From Bellilinea caldifistulae (GTDB lineage Bacteria; Chloroflexota; Anaerolineae; Anaerolineales; Anaerolineaceae): DNA of 32,000 bases. The position numbers were made by a program, and so were the translations under genes. The first letter of the stretch is position 1. Each line of letters begins with the position of its first letter. Location of the stretch: assembly GCF_001306055.1 (NCBI RefSeq), contig NZ_LGHJ01000024.1, positions 60,001 through 92,000 on the forward strand. Reading direction: 5' to 3'. Below, piece after piece: positions 1 to 7,972 of this stretch. Under the pieces are notes generated by a model. That model ran no database searches. It saw nothing but the letters and a program-made list of their open reading frames with translations, and was not told the origin of the DNA.

Positions 1-1272
1 AGAGATATGCAAACCTCCCACAATGGTCAACAGCAGTACCAGCGCTAAAATTCCACCAGCCAGGGGGGCTTTTTGGGTCTGGCGGGTGGTGTAATTTACC
101 GGTTCAAGCAGCAAAAAATCTTCACTGGTTTGCAGAGCAGGTAGTTGACTTTTTCGTCCGCGCAGCAGGAGCGTATCGCCAAACTGCAAGCGGACATCCC
201 GAAGCCGCTCGAAAATCACTCTCCCCTGGCGGTGGATTGCCAAAGCGGTGAAACCATAGCGGTCGCGAAAATGCATTTCGCGCAATGTTTTTCCGGCGAT
301 ACGCGAACGAGGGGAGAGGACTGCTTCCACGGTGACTTCATCGTTTCCGGTCAGTTCGGCTAATTGAAGTTTATGCTCGGCTTCAATGGCTAAACCAAGC
401 GACTCTTTAGCTCGAATCAGGTTGTCTATCCTGCCTTCTACGACCAGTATTTCATTGGGTTGTAAGCAGTAATCGCGATGAGGAATCAGGCGTTTCTGAT
501 TCGGGTCTATGATGGCGATGACGCTCAGGTCGTAATCTGAACCGAGACGCGACTCGGCAAGTGTTTTTCCGGCCAGTTTACTATCCGGCAGCAGGCGTAC
601 CTCGCTCAGGTACTCGCGCAGGTTGTAGGTTTCCTGAATATCTTGCGGTTGACGGGCAGGCAGGAAGTGTCTGCCAATCAAAACCATGTACACGATGCCG
701 GCGGTAAATACAAGGATGCCGGTTGGGGTGAAATCGAAAAAGGCAAAACCGGGCAGCCCGCGTTCGCTGAGAATGCTGGCAGCCAGCACGTTCGGCGGCG
801 TACCAATAAGGGTCATGTTGCCACCCATCAGCGAGGCAAAGGAGATCGGAATCAACAATTTGGAAAGCGGAACTCCGCTGCGGCGGGAAATTCCAACGGC
901 TGCCGGTAACATCACAGCAGTTGCGCCGATATTGTTCATGAAAGCCGAAAGCAGACCGCAGCCGAGCATCAGCGCGGCAATCAGTCGCGCCTCTCCATTT
1001 CCGGCAATGCGTAAAATTCGTTCGCCGAGCAGGTTTGCAACGCCGGTGGCAAATAAACCGCCTGATACAATGTACACCGCCCAAACGGTGATGACGGCCG
1101 GACTTGCGAAACCTGCAAAGGCCTGAGCCGGGTCAATCAGGCCGGTCAGGGTTACGGTGATCAGCACCAGCATGGCAATCACGTCCACGCGTAGTTTTTC
1201 GCTGGCAAACAGCCCAACGGCGGCGGCAATGATCAGGAGAGTCAGTCCAATTTGGGGTGTAAATTCGGTCAT
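1..1272 (-). CDS. SLC13/DASS-type (ArsB/NhaD superfamily) anion permease with two internal TrkA-C/RCK_C domains. N-terminal 424 codons only; the C-terminus lies beyond the left window edge.
   Basis: I translated the reverse strand from ATG at 1272..1270 by hand. All 424 codons are open down to position 1, so there is no stop in the window, which is why the ORF track misses it. The product starts MTEFTPQIGLTLLIIAAAVGLFASEKLRVDVIAMLVLITV. It contains the permease motifs SAFMNNIGATAVMLP and GGNMTLIGTPPN. Two RCK_C-like segments follow: LAGKTLAESRLGSDYDLSVIAIIDPNQKRLIPHRDYCLQPNEILVVEG and IAGKTLREMHFRDRYGFTALAIHRQGRVIFERLRDVRLQFGDTLLLRG. A new TM segment (GGILALVLLLTIVGG) appears at the edge. The ORF-track entries 581..1084(-), 643..909(+) and 686..1126(+) are off-frame shadows of this gene. 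Confidence 0.8.
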   Translation of the reverse strand, partial: MTEFTPQIGLTLLIIAAAVGLFASEKLRVDVIAMLVLITVTLTGLIDPAQAFAGFASPAVITVWAVYIVSGGLFATGVANLLGERILRIAGNGEARLIAALMLGCGLLSAFMNNIGATAVMLPAAVGISRRSGVPLSKLLIPISFASLMGGNMTLIGTPPNVLAASILSERGLPGFAFFDFTPTGILVFTAGIVYMVLIGRHFLPARQPQDIQETYNLREYLSEVRLLPDSKLAGKTLAESRLGSDYDLSVIAIIDPNQKRLIPHRDYCLQPNEILVVEGRIDNLIRAKESLGLAIEAEHKLQLAELTGNDEVTVEAVLSPRSRIAGKTLREMHFRDRYGFTALAIHRQGRVIFERLRDVRLQFGDTLLLRGRKSQLPALQTSEDFLLLEPVNYTTRQTQKAPLAGGILALVLLLTIVGGLHIS

Positions 1273-1424
1273 GCTTCACGCCGGAACAAAGAACACGGGA
1301 AGGATGTAAATCAATGGGCCTATTAAAGTGGTTCTATTATAGTGCATTTGTAAATTCGGAGAACTGCGCGTTGCATCAACCCATGAAAACCCGATTCGGG
1401 AGGTTGGATTGACTGTTACGCGGC

Positions 1425-1430
1425 TATAAT
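1425..1430 (+). promoter_or_regulatory. Candidate -10 hexamer (TATAAT) for the RACo-like / methyltransferase operon
   Basis: A consensus TATAAT sits 32 nt upstream of the ATG at 1462, inside the 189-nt divergent intergenic region. The -35 is poor: TTGGAT at 15-nt spacing, or TTGACT at only 10 nt. This is a -10-only call. Confidence 0.25.
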
Positions 1431-1461
1431 TAGGGGAACGAGAGAGCGATTTCGGCACACC

Positions 1462-3447
1462 ATGGATACCCTTCCTTCTGCTGACTTACCGGAACACACT
1501 GAGGAAACCTGTGAGGTGTTGTTTTTGCCCGCCGGCCGGACCGGCAGGTTCAAACGTGGGTTGACCTTGTTAGAAGCCGCCCGCCAGTTGGGTGTGATGA
1601 TTGAGTCGGCGTGCGGCGGTGAAGGCTGGTGCGGGCAGTGCGCAGTATATATTCAGGAAGGCCGCTTCGGTTCGGCCGGGGGAGTTTCGGCGCTGAGTCA
1701 CCTTTCGCCGGCCGACCAGGCCGAATTGGACGAGCTTACCGTCCGTGGTATGCCTTCCGGCAGCCGCCTGGCGTGTCTTGCTCGCCTGTTGGGGGATGTG
1801 TGTGTCGTGACCGGAGGTGGGGAGCGTCCATCGGCTGGTTTTTTGGGCAAAACGCTTCGGGAGGGTGCCTTTGAGGTTGACCCGCTGATTCGACTGTGCT
1901 GGTTGCGGCTTGATCCATTCCCTTCCGGTTTATCTTCTCTACTTGAACAGGCGCAGCAAGTGTTGGCGGAACGGTTTGGCATGTCCGCGGTGGAGTGGGA
2001 AAAGTCGGCGCTGGATGCTTTGCCGGTAGCGGCGGTGGAGAGTGGCGGCGAGGTAACCCTCACCGTCTGGAAAGAGCAGCGTGTCCTGCGCTGCCAGGGC
2101 GGTTTTCGGGAACAGGCGCTGGGGCTGGCGGTGGATATTGGCACGACTACGCTGGGGGTTTATCTGTGCGATTTGCGCAGGGGTATGCTGCTGGCGACGG
2201 CCGTGGGTTTGAATCCACAAACTGCCTGGGGGGCAGATGTCATCTCACGAATTGCCTTCTGCGCCCAAACTGCGGATGGGCTGACACTATTGCAGAAGGC
2301 TGTCGTCACCGCTATCAACGATCTGGCCGGAGAGGCTGCACGCACCGCCGGGGTTCGCCTGGAGGACGTGGTGGATTGTGTCTGGGTGGGCAACAGTGTC
2401 ATGCTCCATCTGGCGCTGGGTTTAAACCCGGCCTCCTTGGGCGAGTCACCCTTCATTCCCCAGTTTTCCAATGCGCTGGATATGCCGGCCGGAAGGGCGG
2501 GGTTAAGACTCAATGCCGGAGCGCGCCTGCACATTCTGCCACTGATTGCCGGTTATGTGGGTGCTGATGCGGTAGCCGCCATTCTCGCCGCTGATCTGCA
2601 TCGAGGCGAGGAGATGACTTTGCTGGTGGATGCGGGAACAAACGGAGAAATTATCCTGGGCAACCGGCAGAGGCTGGTGTGTACCTCCAGCCCAACCGGG
2701 CCGGCTTTTGAAGGGGCGAACATCACCTGCGGGATGCGTGCCCTGCCGGGGGCAATTGAACGGGTGCGGATTGATCCGGATACGCTTCAGGTGCGCTATA
2801 AGGTGATAGGCAGCCCGCTTTGGAGTGATCAAGCCGGGGCAGAGGGCGTTCGGGCAGCCGGGATCTGTGGGTCGGGTGTGCTGGAGGCAATCGCCGAGAT
2901 GTACACCGCCGGTTTGTTGCTGCCGAGCGGCCGTTTTGCTGCTCAGGTTCCTTCTCCGGCGTGGCAACGAAAAGAAGACGGCGAACTGGTCTTTGTGCTG
3001 GTGGAAGGGACTCAGTCTGCCAGCGGGACACCGATTTATCTGACCCAAAAAGATGTGCGAGCGGTGCAACTGGCTAAAGCCGCCCTGCGTAGCGGGTGCG
3101 ATTTTTTACTGAGCGCATTGAAAATCGGGGAGCCGCGCCGCCTGTTATTGGCGGGAGCCTTTGGCAGCTTACTGGATCCGCTGCACGCCATGCAAATCGG
3201 CATGATCCCGAAGTTACCTCTCAGCCGGGTGGAATCTCTCGGCAACGTTGCCGGCGAAGGGGCCTGCCTGGCCCTGCTCAGCCGCCGCAAGCGCGGGGAA
3301 GCCCGTCAGATTGCGAGGAAGGCGGAGCATCTGGTCATGCCGGCCGACCCGTCCTTTCAGGAGCGTTTTGTGGCTGCACTGGCCTTCCCGCCGCAGATTG
3401 AAACGTCAACTTACCCGATTTCATTTTTCCAGGAGGATCTGCCATGA
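1462..3447 (+). CDS. Corrinoid activation/regeneration protein (RACo/AcsV-like): N-terminal [2Fe-2S] ferredoxin domain plus C-terminal ASKHA (DUF4445-type) ATPase domain
   Basis: 661-aa ORF starting at ATG 1462. It has the plant-type ferredoxin Cys pattern C-x5-C-x2-C...C (ESACGGEGWCGQC ... SRLAC). The ASKHA phosphate-binding motifs LAVDIGTTTLG and LLVDAGTNGEIILG are typical of reductive activators of corrinoid proteins. Its stop codon overlaps the next start (ATGA at 3444..3447). Confidence 0.85.
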   Translation: MDTLPSADLPEHTEETCEVLFLPAGRTGRFKRGLTLLEAARQLGVMIESACGGEGWCGQCAVYIQEGRFGSAGGVSALSHLSPADQAELDELTVRGMPSGSRLACLARLLGDVCVVTGGGERPSAGFLGKTLREGAFEVDPLIRLCWLRLDPFPSGLSSLLEQAQQVLAERFGMSAVEWEKSALDALPVAAVESGGEVTLTVWKEQRVLRCQGGFREQALGLAVDIGTTTLGVYLCDLRRGMLLATAVGLNPQTAWGADVISRIAFCAQTADGLTLLQKAVVTAINDLAGEAARTAGVRLEDVVDCVWVGNSVMLHLALGLNPASLGESPFIPQFSNALDMPAGRAGLRLNAGARLHILPLIAGYVGADAVAAILAADLHRGEEMTLLVDAGTNGEIILGNRQRLVCTSSPTGPAFEGANITCGMRALPGAIERVRIDPDTLQVRYKVIGSPLWSDQAGAEGVRAAGICGSGVLEAIAEMYTAGLLLPSGRFAAQVPSPAWQRKEDGELVFVLVEGTQSASGTPIYLTQKDVRAVQLAKAALRSGCDFLLSALKIGEPRRLLLAGAFGSLLDPLHAMQIGMIPKLPLSRVESLGNVAGEGACLALLSRRKRGEARQIARKAEHLVMPADPSFQERFVAALAFPPQIETSTYPISFFQEDLP

Positions 3448-4331
3448 CTTCCCCGTTTCTCGAAGAAATCCGTGCAGGAAAGGTTTGGATTGCCGACGGA
3501 GCCACCGGCACCAATTTACAGCGGCGTGGTCTGCCTCCCGGCCAACCCGGCGAAGTATTTGTGCTGCAAAATCCGGCAGCGATTGAGGAACTGGCGCAGG
3601 AATTCATCGCCGCCGGAGCGCAAATTCTGCTGACCTGTACCTTTGGCGGCAACCGGCTGAGGCTGCGGCGCGCAGGACTGGAAGGTGAACTGCTTACCAT
3701 CAACCGCCGAGCGGTTGAACTGGCACGCCGGGCCGCCCGGGGAAGCCCGGTCTTGATTGGAGGTTCGATGGGGCCGAGTGGTGAGATGATGCAGCCGTAC
3801 GGCACGCTTGGGGAAGAAGAGGTACGTCAGAGTTTTGCGGAACAAGCCCGCATCCTCAGTGAGAGCGGAGCGGATTTGCTGGTTCTGGAAACCTTTTATG
3901 ATCTGACCGAAGCCCGTGCCGCGGTGGAGGGCGTCCGCTCGGTGAGCGATTTACCGCTGGTGCTGTCGTTCAGTTATGACCGCGGGCGTAAGACGATGAT
4001 GGGGGTCAGCCCAAGCCGCATGGCCGAGGCTGTGACAGACTGGGCGGTGGATGTGTTGGGGATCAACTGCGGGCGCAGTTTGGAGGATAATCTGGCCAAT
4101 TTGAGGGAGCTGCGGGCTGTAACTTCACTACCAATCTGGTTCAAACCCAACGCTGGCTTGCCGGTCAGCGATGAACAGGGCCGGCTTTCCTATACGATTC
4201 AGCCGCAGGACATGGCCGAGGCGCTTCCGGCGTGGCTGGAGGGCGGGGCGCAGGTCATCGGCGGGTGCTGCGGCACCAGCCCGGCGCATCTGAGGGCAAT
4301 TTCCGGGGCGGTTCACCGCTTGAGGGCGTAA
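3444..4331 (+). CDS. Stand-alone homocysteine S-methyltransferase domain protein (Pfam S-methyl_trans type, like the MetH N-terminal module or MmuM)
   Basis: 295 aa. The N-terminus WIADGATGTNLQRRGL resembles the DGAMGT-type opening of Hcy domains. Zinc-ligand Cys motifs are present: GINCG and the C-terminal GGCCGTSPAHL. AGGAGG at 3431..3436 lies 7 nt upstream of the ATG. There is a 4-nt ATGA overlap with the upstream gene. Confidence 0.85.
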   Translation: MTSPFLEEIRAGKVWIADGATGTNLQRRGLPPGQPGEVFVLQNPAAIEELAQEFIAAGAQILLTCTFGGNRLRLRRAGLEGELLTINRRAVELARRAARGSPVLIGGSMGPSGEMMQPYGTLGEEEVRQSFAEQARILSESGADLLVLETFYDLTEARAAVEGVRSVSDLPLVLSFSYDRGRKTMMGVSPSRMAEAVTDWAVDVLGINCGRSLEDNLANLRELRAVTSLPIWFKPNAGLPVSDEQGRLSYTIQPQDMAEALPAWLEGGAQVIGGCCGTSPAHLRAISGAVHRLRA

Positions 4332-4342
4332 GGGGTTTATTC

Positions 4343-6061
4343 ATGCTGGCTGTACTTGCCTTCGCGCTGATTTTCTTCCCCCTGTGCGGTTTGTATGGGA
4401 GGGCATATCTACGGCTGGCGGCGCGCATTCTGAGGTTTGAACCGGGGGAAGACAACCCTACCGTAACCCTGCTGGCGGGGATCATTGCCCTGACGACACT
4501 GGCGGGCGGTCTTTCTCTGGCGTTACCGCTGGATTGGCGGGCTTTCAGCGTGCTGATTCTTGGGGGGGCGGCCATTTTTCTGGTCGGCTCGCGCGGTGGC
4601 TGGCTGACTCTGCGGCAGCCGACCTTACCGCGCCTGAGCGGCTGGAATTGGATTGCCGGGCTGGTGCTGGCGTTGGCCCTGCTGACCGTGCTGGAAAACG
4701 CCACTCACCAGGTTGCCAACCCGGATACCGGTATCTACCATGCTCAAGCCATTCGCTGGATGGAAGAATTCCCGGTGGTGGCAGGGTTGGGAAACCTGCA
4801 CAGCCGATTTGCCTATAACTCGCACTGGCTGGTACTGAATGCGGTATTCAGTCTGGCTTTTTGGGGCGGACAATCGCTGCATCTGGTGGGGGCAATGCTG
4901 TTTGGGCTGGCTGTGTGGGATTTTGGCAACGGCCTGCGGCGCTGGCTGTTGGGTGAACGGAGCATTGCCAACGGTTTAAGGACGCTGCTCCTGCCGCTTT
5001 CGTTCTATTTGCTGGGTTCACAGACTTCCTCGCCCGGTACGGATTTACCGGTCATCCTGATATTATGGCTGATCATTCCATTGTGGCTGGAGCAGGGTTC
5101 GATCTCACCGCCACAGTCTTCGATCCGCGCGCTTTTGATCTTCAGCGCAGCCGTCTTTTTGTTGACGGTGAAACTTTCAGCCTTGCCGTTGTTGCTGCTG
5201 GCGGGCTGGCTGATGCTGGTGGATGTCCGGCATCAACCGGGACGAATTTTACGCTGGGGATTTTTAGGATTGTTTTTACTGCTGCCCTGGCTGGCGCGGA
5301 ATGTGATCCTCTCGGGGTATTTGATCTATCCTTTTCCTGCGCTGGACTGGTTCAATGTGGACTGGAAAATCCCCTACGAAACGGCTTTACGCGAGTCGCA
5401 AATCATCCGCGCCTGGGCGCGCCTGCCGAATGTGGATGCCAGCCGGGTATTGGAGATGCCGCTGGTCGAGTGGTTGCCGGTCTGGTTCAGCGACCGGACG
5501 ACCAATCAGCGCCTGATCCTGCTCCTGGCGGCCATCTCGCCGGCGGGAATGGGTGGAGTATGGCTGCTTGCCCGCTTGAAGAAGGGGCACTGGACCGGTC
5601 AGGAAAGTGGGTGGATAGGTGCGTATCTGTTTTCGATGGCGGGGGCGCTCTACTGGCTTTTCAATGCGCCGGATTTACGCTTTGGGTACGGTTGGGTGAT
5701 TTTATTGATCGCCCTCCCACTGGCAGGCTTGATGAGCAGACTGGTGGGCGGCTTGCAGGGCAGTCCGGAGTTGATGGTCAAAATTTTGCTGGGGGTTGGG
5801 ATGCTGGCGGTTCACCTCTATTTCCTGACGGCTTCTTTTGAGGGCAGGACTTTTTCTCAACGCTGGCTGCTGCCGCCGGATTACCCGCTTCATGCTACCG
5901 TTCCCTGCCCGTTGGAAAACGGGACGGTGCTGTGCGCCGGTGAAGAAAGTTATACGCAATGTTATTACCATCCGTTCCCCTGCATCCCCAAGCCGATTGA
6001 AGGGGTGGAGATGCGCGGAACGGATTGGGGGGATGGGTTTCGCGCAGTGTCTGTGCCATAA
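4343..6061 (+). CDS. Polytopic integral membrane protein (about 573 aa, at least 12 predicted TM segments). Possibly GT-C-fold glycosyltransferase or polymerase-like; function not established.
   Basis: The ORF-track entry 4232..6061 overlaps the upstream gene, so I trimmed it to ATG 4343 (MLAVLAFALIFFPLCG). AGGGG lies 7 nt upstream and the start is 11 nt after the upstream stop. Hydrophobic segments are very frequent. The loop NPDTGIYHAQAIRWMEEFPVVAGLGNLHSRFAYNSH loosely resembles the first periplasmic loop motif of ArnT/PMT_2-type GT-C enzymes (DETRYAEISREM). The C-terminal roughly 60 aa are Cys-rich and soluble. Confidence 0.65.
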   Translation: MLAVLAFALIFFPLCGLYGRAYLRLAARILRFEPGEDNPTVTLLAGIIALTTLAGGLSLALPLDWRAFSVLILGGAAIFLVGSRGGWLTLRQPTLPRLSGWNWIAGLVLALALLTVLENATHQVANPDTGIYHAQAIRWMEEFPVVAGLGNLHSRFAYNSHWLVLNAVFSLAFWGGQSLHLVGAMLFGLAVWDFGNGLRRWLLGERSIANGLRTLLLPLSFYLLGSQTSSPGTDLPVILILWLIIPLWLEQGSISPPQSSIRALLIFSAAVFLLTVKLSALPLLLLAGWLMLVDVRHQPGRILRWGFLGLFLLLPWLARNVILSGYLIYPFPALDWFNVDWKIPYETALRESQIIRAWARLPNVDASRVLEMPLVEWLPVWFSDRTTNQRLILLLAAISPAGMGGVWLLARLKKGHWTGQESGWIGAYLFSMAGALYWLFNAPDLRFGYGWVILLIALPLAGLMSRLVGGLQGSPELMVKILLGVGMLAVHLYFLTASFEGRTFSQRWLLPPDYPLHATVPCPLENGTVLCAGEESYTQCYYHPFPCIPKPIEGVEMRGTDWGDGFRAVSVP

Positions 6062-6191
6062 AGGGCACCCATTGTGAATCAAAAAATAGGGGAAATCCCG
6101 CATGACAGCATAAGCCTGCGGAGGTATAAATTTGCATGTCGGTTGATACAGCCGTATTCAAATTTTCAAAAGGAAAGGATGCTCTCAGATC

Positions 6192-6521
6192 ATGAACCAA
6201 ACATATCAGCAAAGCGAGGATACGGGAAAGCCTTTTCAGGGTCTCAGGAACTTAAGCGTTATTTGCAGTATTCTGGGGTATCTTTCGTTTCTCGGTGGTT
6301 TTGTGATGGCAAGCATGACGAGTCACAATGCGTATAATTCGTATGATGATCCTGTTTTACCCTTTGTTTTGTGGTTTAGTGTGGGATTCGTGGGCGGTAT
6401 CGGGTATTTGATTATCGCGGATGTACTCAAATTGTTCGTTTCCGCCAAAGAAAATCTGGATGAGTTGCTGATCAGCGCACGCGAAATTGCTACTCACCTG
6501 AGAGAGGCGCGTGAAAAATAA
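6192..6521 (+). CDS. Small hypothetical membrane protein (109 aa, two TM helices plus a C-terminal amphipathic helix)
   Basis: Starts at ATG 6192, preceded by the purine-rich stretch AAAGGAAAGGA. The TM segments are LSVICSILGYLSFLGGFVMA and VLPFVLWFSVGFVGGIGYLIIADVL. A strong terminator hairpin follows directly. GC content is noticeably lower than in neighbouring genes. I recognised no family. Confidence 0.5.
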   Translation: MNQTYQQSEDTGKPFQGLRNLSVICSILGYLSFLGGFVMASMTSHNAYNSYDDPVLPFVLWFSVGFVGGIGYLIIADVLKLFVSAKENLDELLISAREIATHLREAREK

Positions 6522-6529
6522 TCCTTCAA

Positions 6530-6560
6530 AAACAAGCCCCGCTTCAAGCGGGGCTTGTTT
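6530..6560. terminator. Bidirectional intrinsic terminator between convergent genes
   Basis: Perfect 13-bp stem: AAACAAGCCCCGC (6530..6542) pairs with GCGGGGCTTGTTT (6548..6560), with loop TTCAA. An A-run precedes it and a T-run follows, so it reads as hairpin plus U-tract on both strands. It sits 9 nt after the stop of 6192..6521(+) and 2 nt before the stop codon of 6563..7156(-). Confidence 0.75.
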
Positions 6561-6562
6561 GA

Positions 6563-7156
6563 TCAGGGGGACAACACATCCAGCGGATTGATGTTCTGCC
6601 CGATACGCTTGTCAAAGATGTTCAGGTGGGTATGGTAACCGCAATCGCGGTTGCGGCAGGATTGCCCGCGCCAGTCCACCGTGTAGCCGTGGTTGCTTTC
6701 ATATCCAACCGTCTCGCCAATTTGCAGGTTTTGACCAACCTCTACAACATAATCGCCGTGCAGCATGAGCACCTGCCAGACTTCGTTTTCAAGGATTAAG
6801 GTGGTGTTGCCGTACTGGTCAATGTAGAGAGCGGTAACCGTACCGTTGATCGGCGCCAATATGGGAGCGCCTTTGCCGGCGGTCAGGTCAATGGCAAAAT
6901 GCCCGTAGGATTGCCCGTGTGGACCCTGAGTCAGAATGTATTCGTCATACGGGGCGCGGATCGTCAGTGGATCGGGAGGGGCATTGGCGGGCGGGGCGGG
7001 CGGGGGGGAGGTGGTTGGCTGGTCTGGGGTGGCTGGGATGTGAGTCAGCGGGGTTGCGCTGGCCGTCTGGCGGTCATGTAACAGGTTAAACAGTAGAAAC
7101 AGCATGATGACCAGGGCTGTGACCGATAAACTGTTGGAGGATGGAGAGCGGGACAT
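6563..7156 (-). CDS. M23 family (LytM-type) metallopeptidase, membrane-anchored or secreted
   Basis: 197 aa starting at ATG 7156. AAGGAG lies 7 nt upstream (revcomp of 7163..7168). There is an N-terminal hydrophobic anchor (LSVTALVIMLFLLFNLL) followed by a Pro/Thr-rich linker. M23 motifs are present: HFAIDL (HxxxD), PILAPINGTV, GETVGYE and YHTHL (HxH). An unusual Cys-containing insertion (TVDWRGQSCRNRDCG) sits immediately before the HxH motif. Confidence 0.85.
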   Translation of the reverse strand: MSRSPSSNSLSVTALVIMLFLLFNLLHDRQTASATPLTHIPATPDQPTTSPPPAPPANAPPDPLTIRAPYDEYILTQGPHGQSYGHFAIDLTAGKGAPILAPINGTVTALYIDQYGNTTLILENEVWQVLMLHGDYVVEVGQNLQIGETVGYESNHGYTVDWRGQSCRNRDCGYHTHLNIFDKRIGQNINPLDVLSP

Positions 7157-7197
7157 GCGGTTTCTCCTTATGAATTAGAAAAAATGTTCTATATTTG

Positions 7198-7206
7198 ATT
7201 ATATCA
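7198..7206 (-). promoter_or_regulatory. Extended -10 promoter element (TGATATAAT) for the M23 peptidase gene
   Basis: The reverse complement of 7198..7206 reads TGATATAAT, matching TGnTATAAT. It lies about 42 nt upstream of the start codon at 7156 in an AT-rich intergenic region. No good -35 is present, which is consistent with an extended -10 promoter. Confidence 0.45.
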
Positions 7207-7270
7207 TAGTTCTCGATCCGTTGTTCCATCCATTTCACGAGGAATTACGAAAAGAGTAATCTGGTTTACC

Positions 7271-7298
7271 TTGACAGGATCGAAAAAGTCGTTATACT
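7271..7298 (+). promoter_or_regulatory. Sigma70-like promoter for the ArsR-MFS operon
   Basis: TTGACA (7271..7276), a 16-nt spacer, then TATACT (7293..7298). It ends 29 nt upstream of the ATG at 7328, within an AT-rich 171-nt divergent intergenic region. Confidence 0.5.
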
Positions 7299-7327
7299 GT
7301 TGTTTATCGTAAAAAATAATTTTAGCG

Positions 7328-7972
7328 ATGAAGAGATGTCAAATGGAAAAATCTTCTCCCCCGGCATTTGTCATTCGAGATATGGAAACCATGCGGGTCA
7401 TTTCCGACCCGATTCGTGCCCAAATCTTTGAAGCCTTACTTCATCAAGCCCAAACCGTGCGGCAGGTGGCCGAAAAACTGGGCATGAGCGCCAGTAAGTT
7501 ATATTACCACTTCAATTTGCTCGAAAAATTCGGCTTTATTCGCGTACAGGAAACCCGTCAGGTGGGTAACTTGATTGAGAAGATCTATGCGGTAACTTCG
7601 CCGACCATTGATGTGGATCCGGATTTGTTTTCCTTCCCATCCGGAGAGCACAATGAGCAAATTCTCACCATTATACGGGATACGATTGATGCCACCCGTG
7701 AGGATTTGTTGCGCAGTTTGCAAGCCCGTCTGTACGCATTGGAACAAGGTCAGCCGCCAAAGCCCCGGCGGGTTGTTCTCAATCGCCTCCGCTCCAACCT
7801 CAGCGACGAACAGGCGGCTCGCCTGCTGAACAGAATCGAAGAATTACTCAAGGAATTTGAGCAATCCGATGAAAAAGAAAGCCAGGACAATCAGCCTTAT
7901 TCGCTGATGATTGCTTTTTATCCAAGTTTTTATTACCCCGCCGAAAGTCATTCGGGCAACTCGGAGGAATGA
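7328..7972 (+). CDS. ArsR/SmtB-family winged-helix transcriptional regulator with an extended C-terminal helical region
   Basis: 214 aa. The wHTH region is ISDPIRAQIFEALLHQAQTVRQVAEKLGMSASKLYYHFNLLEKFGFIRVQETRQVGNLIEKIYAVT. An alternative start is the ATG at 7343. The stop overlaps the start of the downstream MFS gene. Confidence 0.8.
   Translation: MKRCQMEKSSPPAFVIRDMETMRVISDPIRAQIFEALLHQAQTVRQVAEKLGMSASKLYYHFNLLEKFGFIRVQETRQVGNLIEKIYAVTSPTIDVDPDLFSFPSGEHNEQILTIIRDTIDATREDLLRSLQARLYALEQGQPPKPRRVVLNRLRSNLSDEQAARLLNRIEELLKEFEQSDEKESQDNQPYSLMIAFYPSFYYPAESHSGNSEE

Noticed and set aside
145-363. 72-aa plus-strand ORF starting with TTG
   Set aside because: It is antisense to the RCK_C-domain region of the permease gene and has no RBS or recognisable features.
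581-1126. ORF-track entries 581..1084(-), 643..909(+) and 686..1126(+)
   Set aside because: All three are out of frame with, or antisense to, the continuous 424-codon minus-strand reading frame (1..1272). That frame encodes a recognisable SLC13/RCK_C permease. Their translations are Arg/Cys/Gly-rich with no motifs.
1273-1461. Possible cobalamin, THF or SAM riboswitch in the leader of the RACo/methyltransferase operon
   Set aside because: I looked for a B12-box-like element and for extended conserved helices. I found only a 4-bp hairpin (CCCG-ATT-CGGG) and a short CAACC/GGTTG pairing, which is insufficient to call a riboswitch. A covariance-model scan (Rfam) would be decisive.
4232-4342. N-terminal extension of the membrane-protein ORF (ORF-track start 4232)
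   Set aside because: It would overlap the last 100 nt of the Hcy-methyltransferase gene in another frame. The extension is Arg/Gly-rich and non-hydrophobic. ATG 4343 has an upstream AGGGG and begins directly with a TM segment.
6074-6337. 87-aa ORF overlapping the start of the 6192..6521 gene
   Set aside because: It is in a different frame from the two-TM protein and has no hydrophobic or other features. The 6192 ORF has a purine-rich RBS region and ends at the strong terminator.
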